Below are positions 63,748-64,000 of a DNA stretch of 64,000 nucleotides, piece by piece; positions within the stretch are counted from its first letter, which is position 1, and every line of letters starts with the position of its first letter. Made by a program: the position numbers and the translations under genes. The stretch lies in assembly GCF_036321535.1 (NCBI RefSeq), contig NC_087447.1, forward strand, positions 13,020,001 to 13,084,000. The letters run 5' to 3'. The notes under the pieces were generated by a model. It had not been told where the DNA came from. It did not search any database and worked only from the letters and a program-made list of their open reading frames with translations. This DNA is from Camelus dromedarius. Lineage: Eukaryota.

Positions 63748-64000
63748 TCAGCGTGTAATTGTTTTGCATTCAGTATTTTCTCTTTTACTTTATTTTCTTC
63801 TGAGGTGTGTGTATGTTATGTGTGTGTGTCTATTTGTGGTGTGTGTGTCTGTGTGTGTGTCCATTCTACTTGGTGTCCTCTGAGCTTCTTGGATCTGAGT
63901 TTGCTGGCTTTTAGTTTCAGAATAATTCTCAGCCATTATCTTAGCACATTTTTCCTCTGCCCTGATCTCCTTTCTCTTTTACTTCTAGGTCTGAAATTAT

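Noticed and set aside
1-64000. CRISPR arrays, operons or other prokaryotic/defence systems
   Set aside because: The sequence is eukaryotic. The recurring motifs are segmental duplications and retroelement ends, not regularly spaced repeat-spacer arrays.

Overview
Mammalian genomic DNA, most likely a camelid (one Vic-1-like tRNA-derived SINE, many short camelid-type L1 3' ends). It is AT-rich and repeat-laden, with two N gaps. The window is part of a class II olfactory receptor (OR) cluster with seven intact single-exon ORs: four OR5W2-like genes (+; 3897, 13324, 23053, 42646), two near-identical ORs of a second 5W-type subfamily (+; 38183, 50677, probably OR5W1-like) and one divergent OR (-; 56193-57125, possibly OR9M1-like). 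There is also a 5'-only OR5W remnant at about 27.8 kb. The first ~26 kb is a triplicated 8-10 kb duplicon. 26.5-33.8 kb looks like a deleted relic of an alternating W2/W1 array. There are no RNA genes, CRISPR arrays or prokaryotic features, and I see no new kind of biological system. The best leads are: (i) patchy, GC-rich gene-conversion tracts that homogenise parts of the CDSs, spare TM4/TM5 patches and spread substitutions at normally invariant OR residues (S239C, C189S, E111G); (ii) a gene-less block at ~30 kb dense in Lhx2-type homeodomain and EBF sites, a candidate OR enhancer derived from an orphaned upstream region; (iii) an EBF-19 bp-homeodomain promoter module with invariant spacing in five copies; (iv) a probable L1 3' transduction in the first intron of the third OR. 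Family names come from remembered consensus sequences, and all counts were made by hand.
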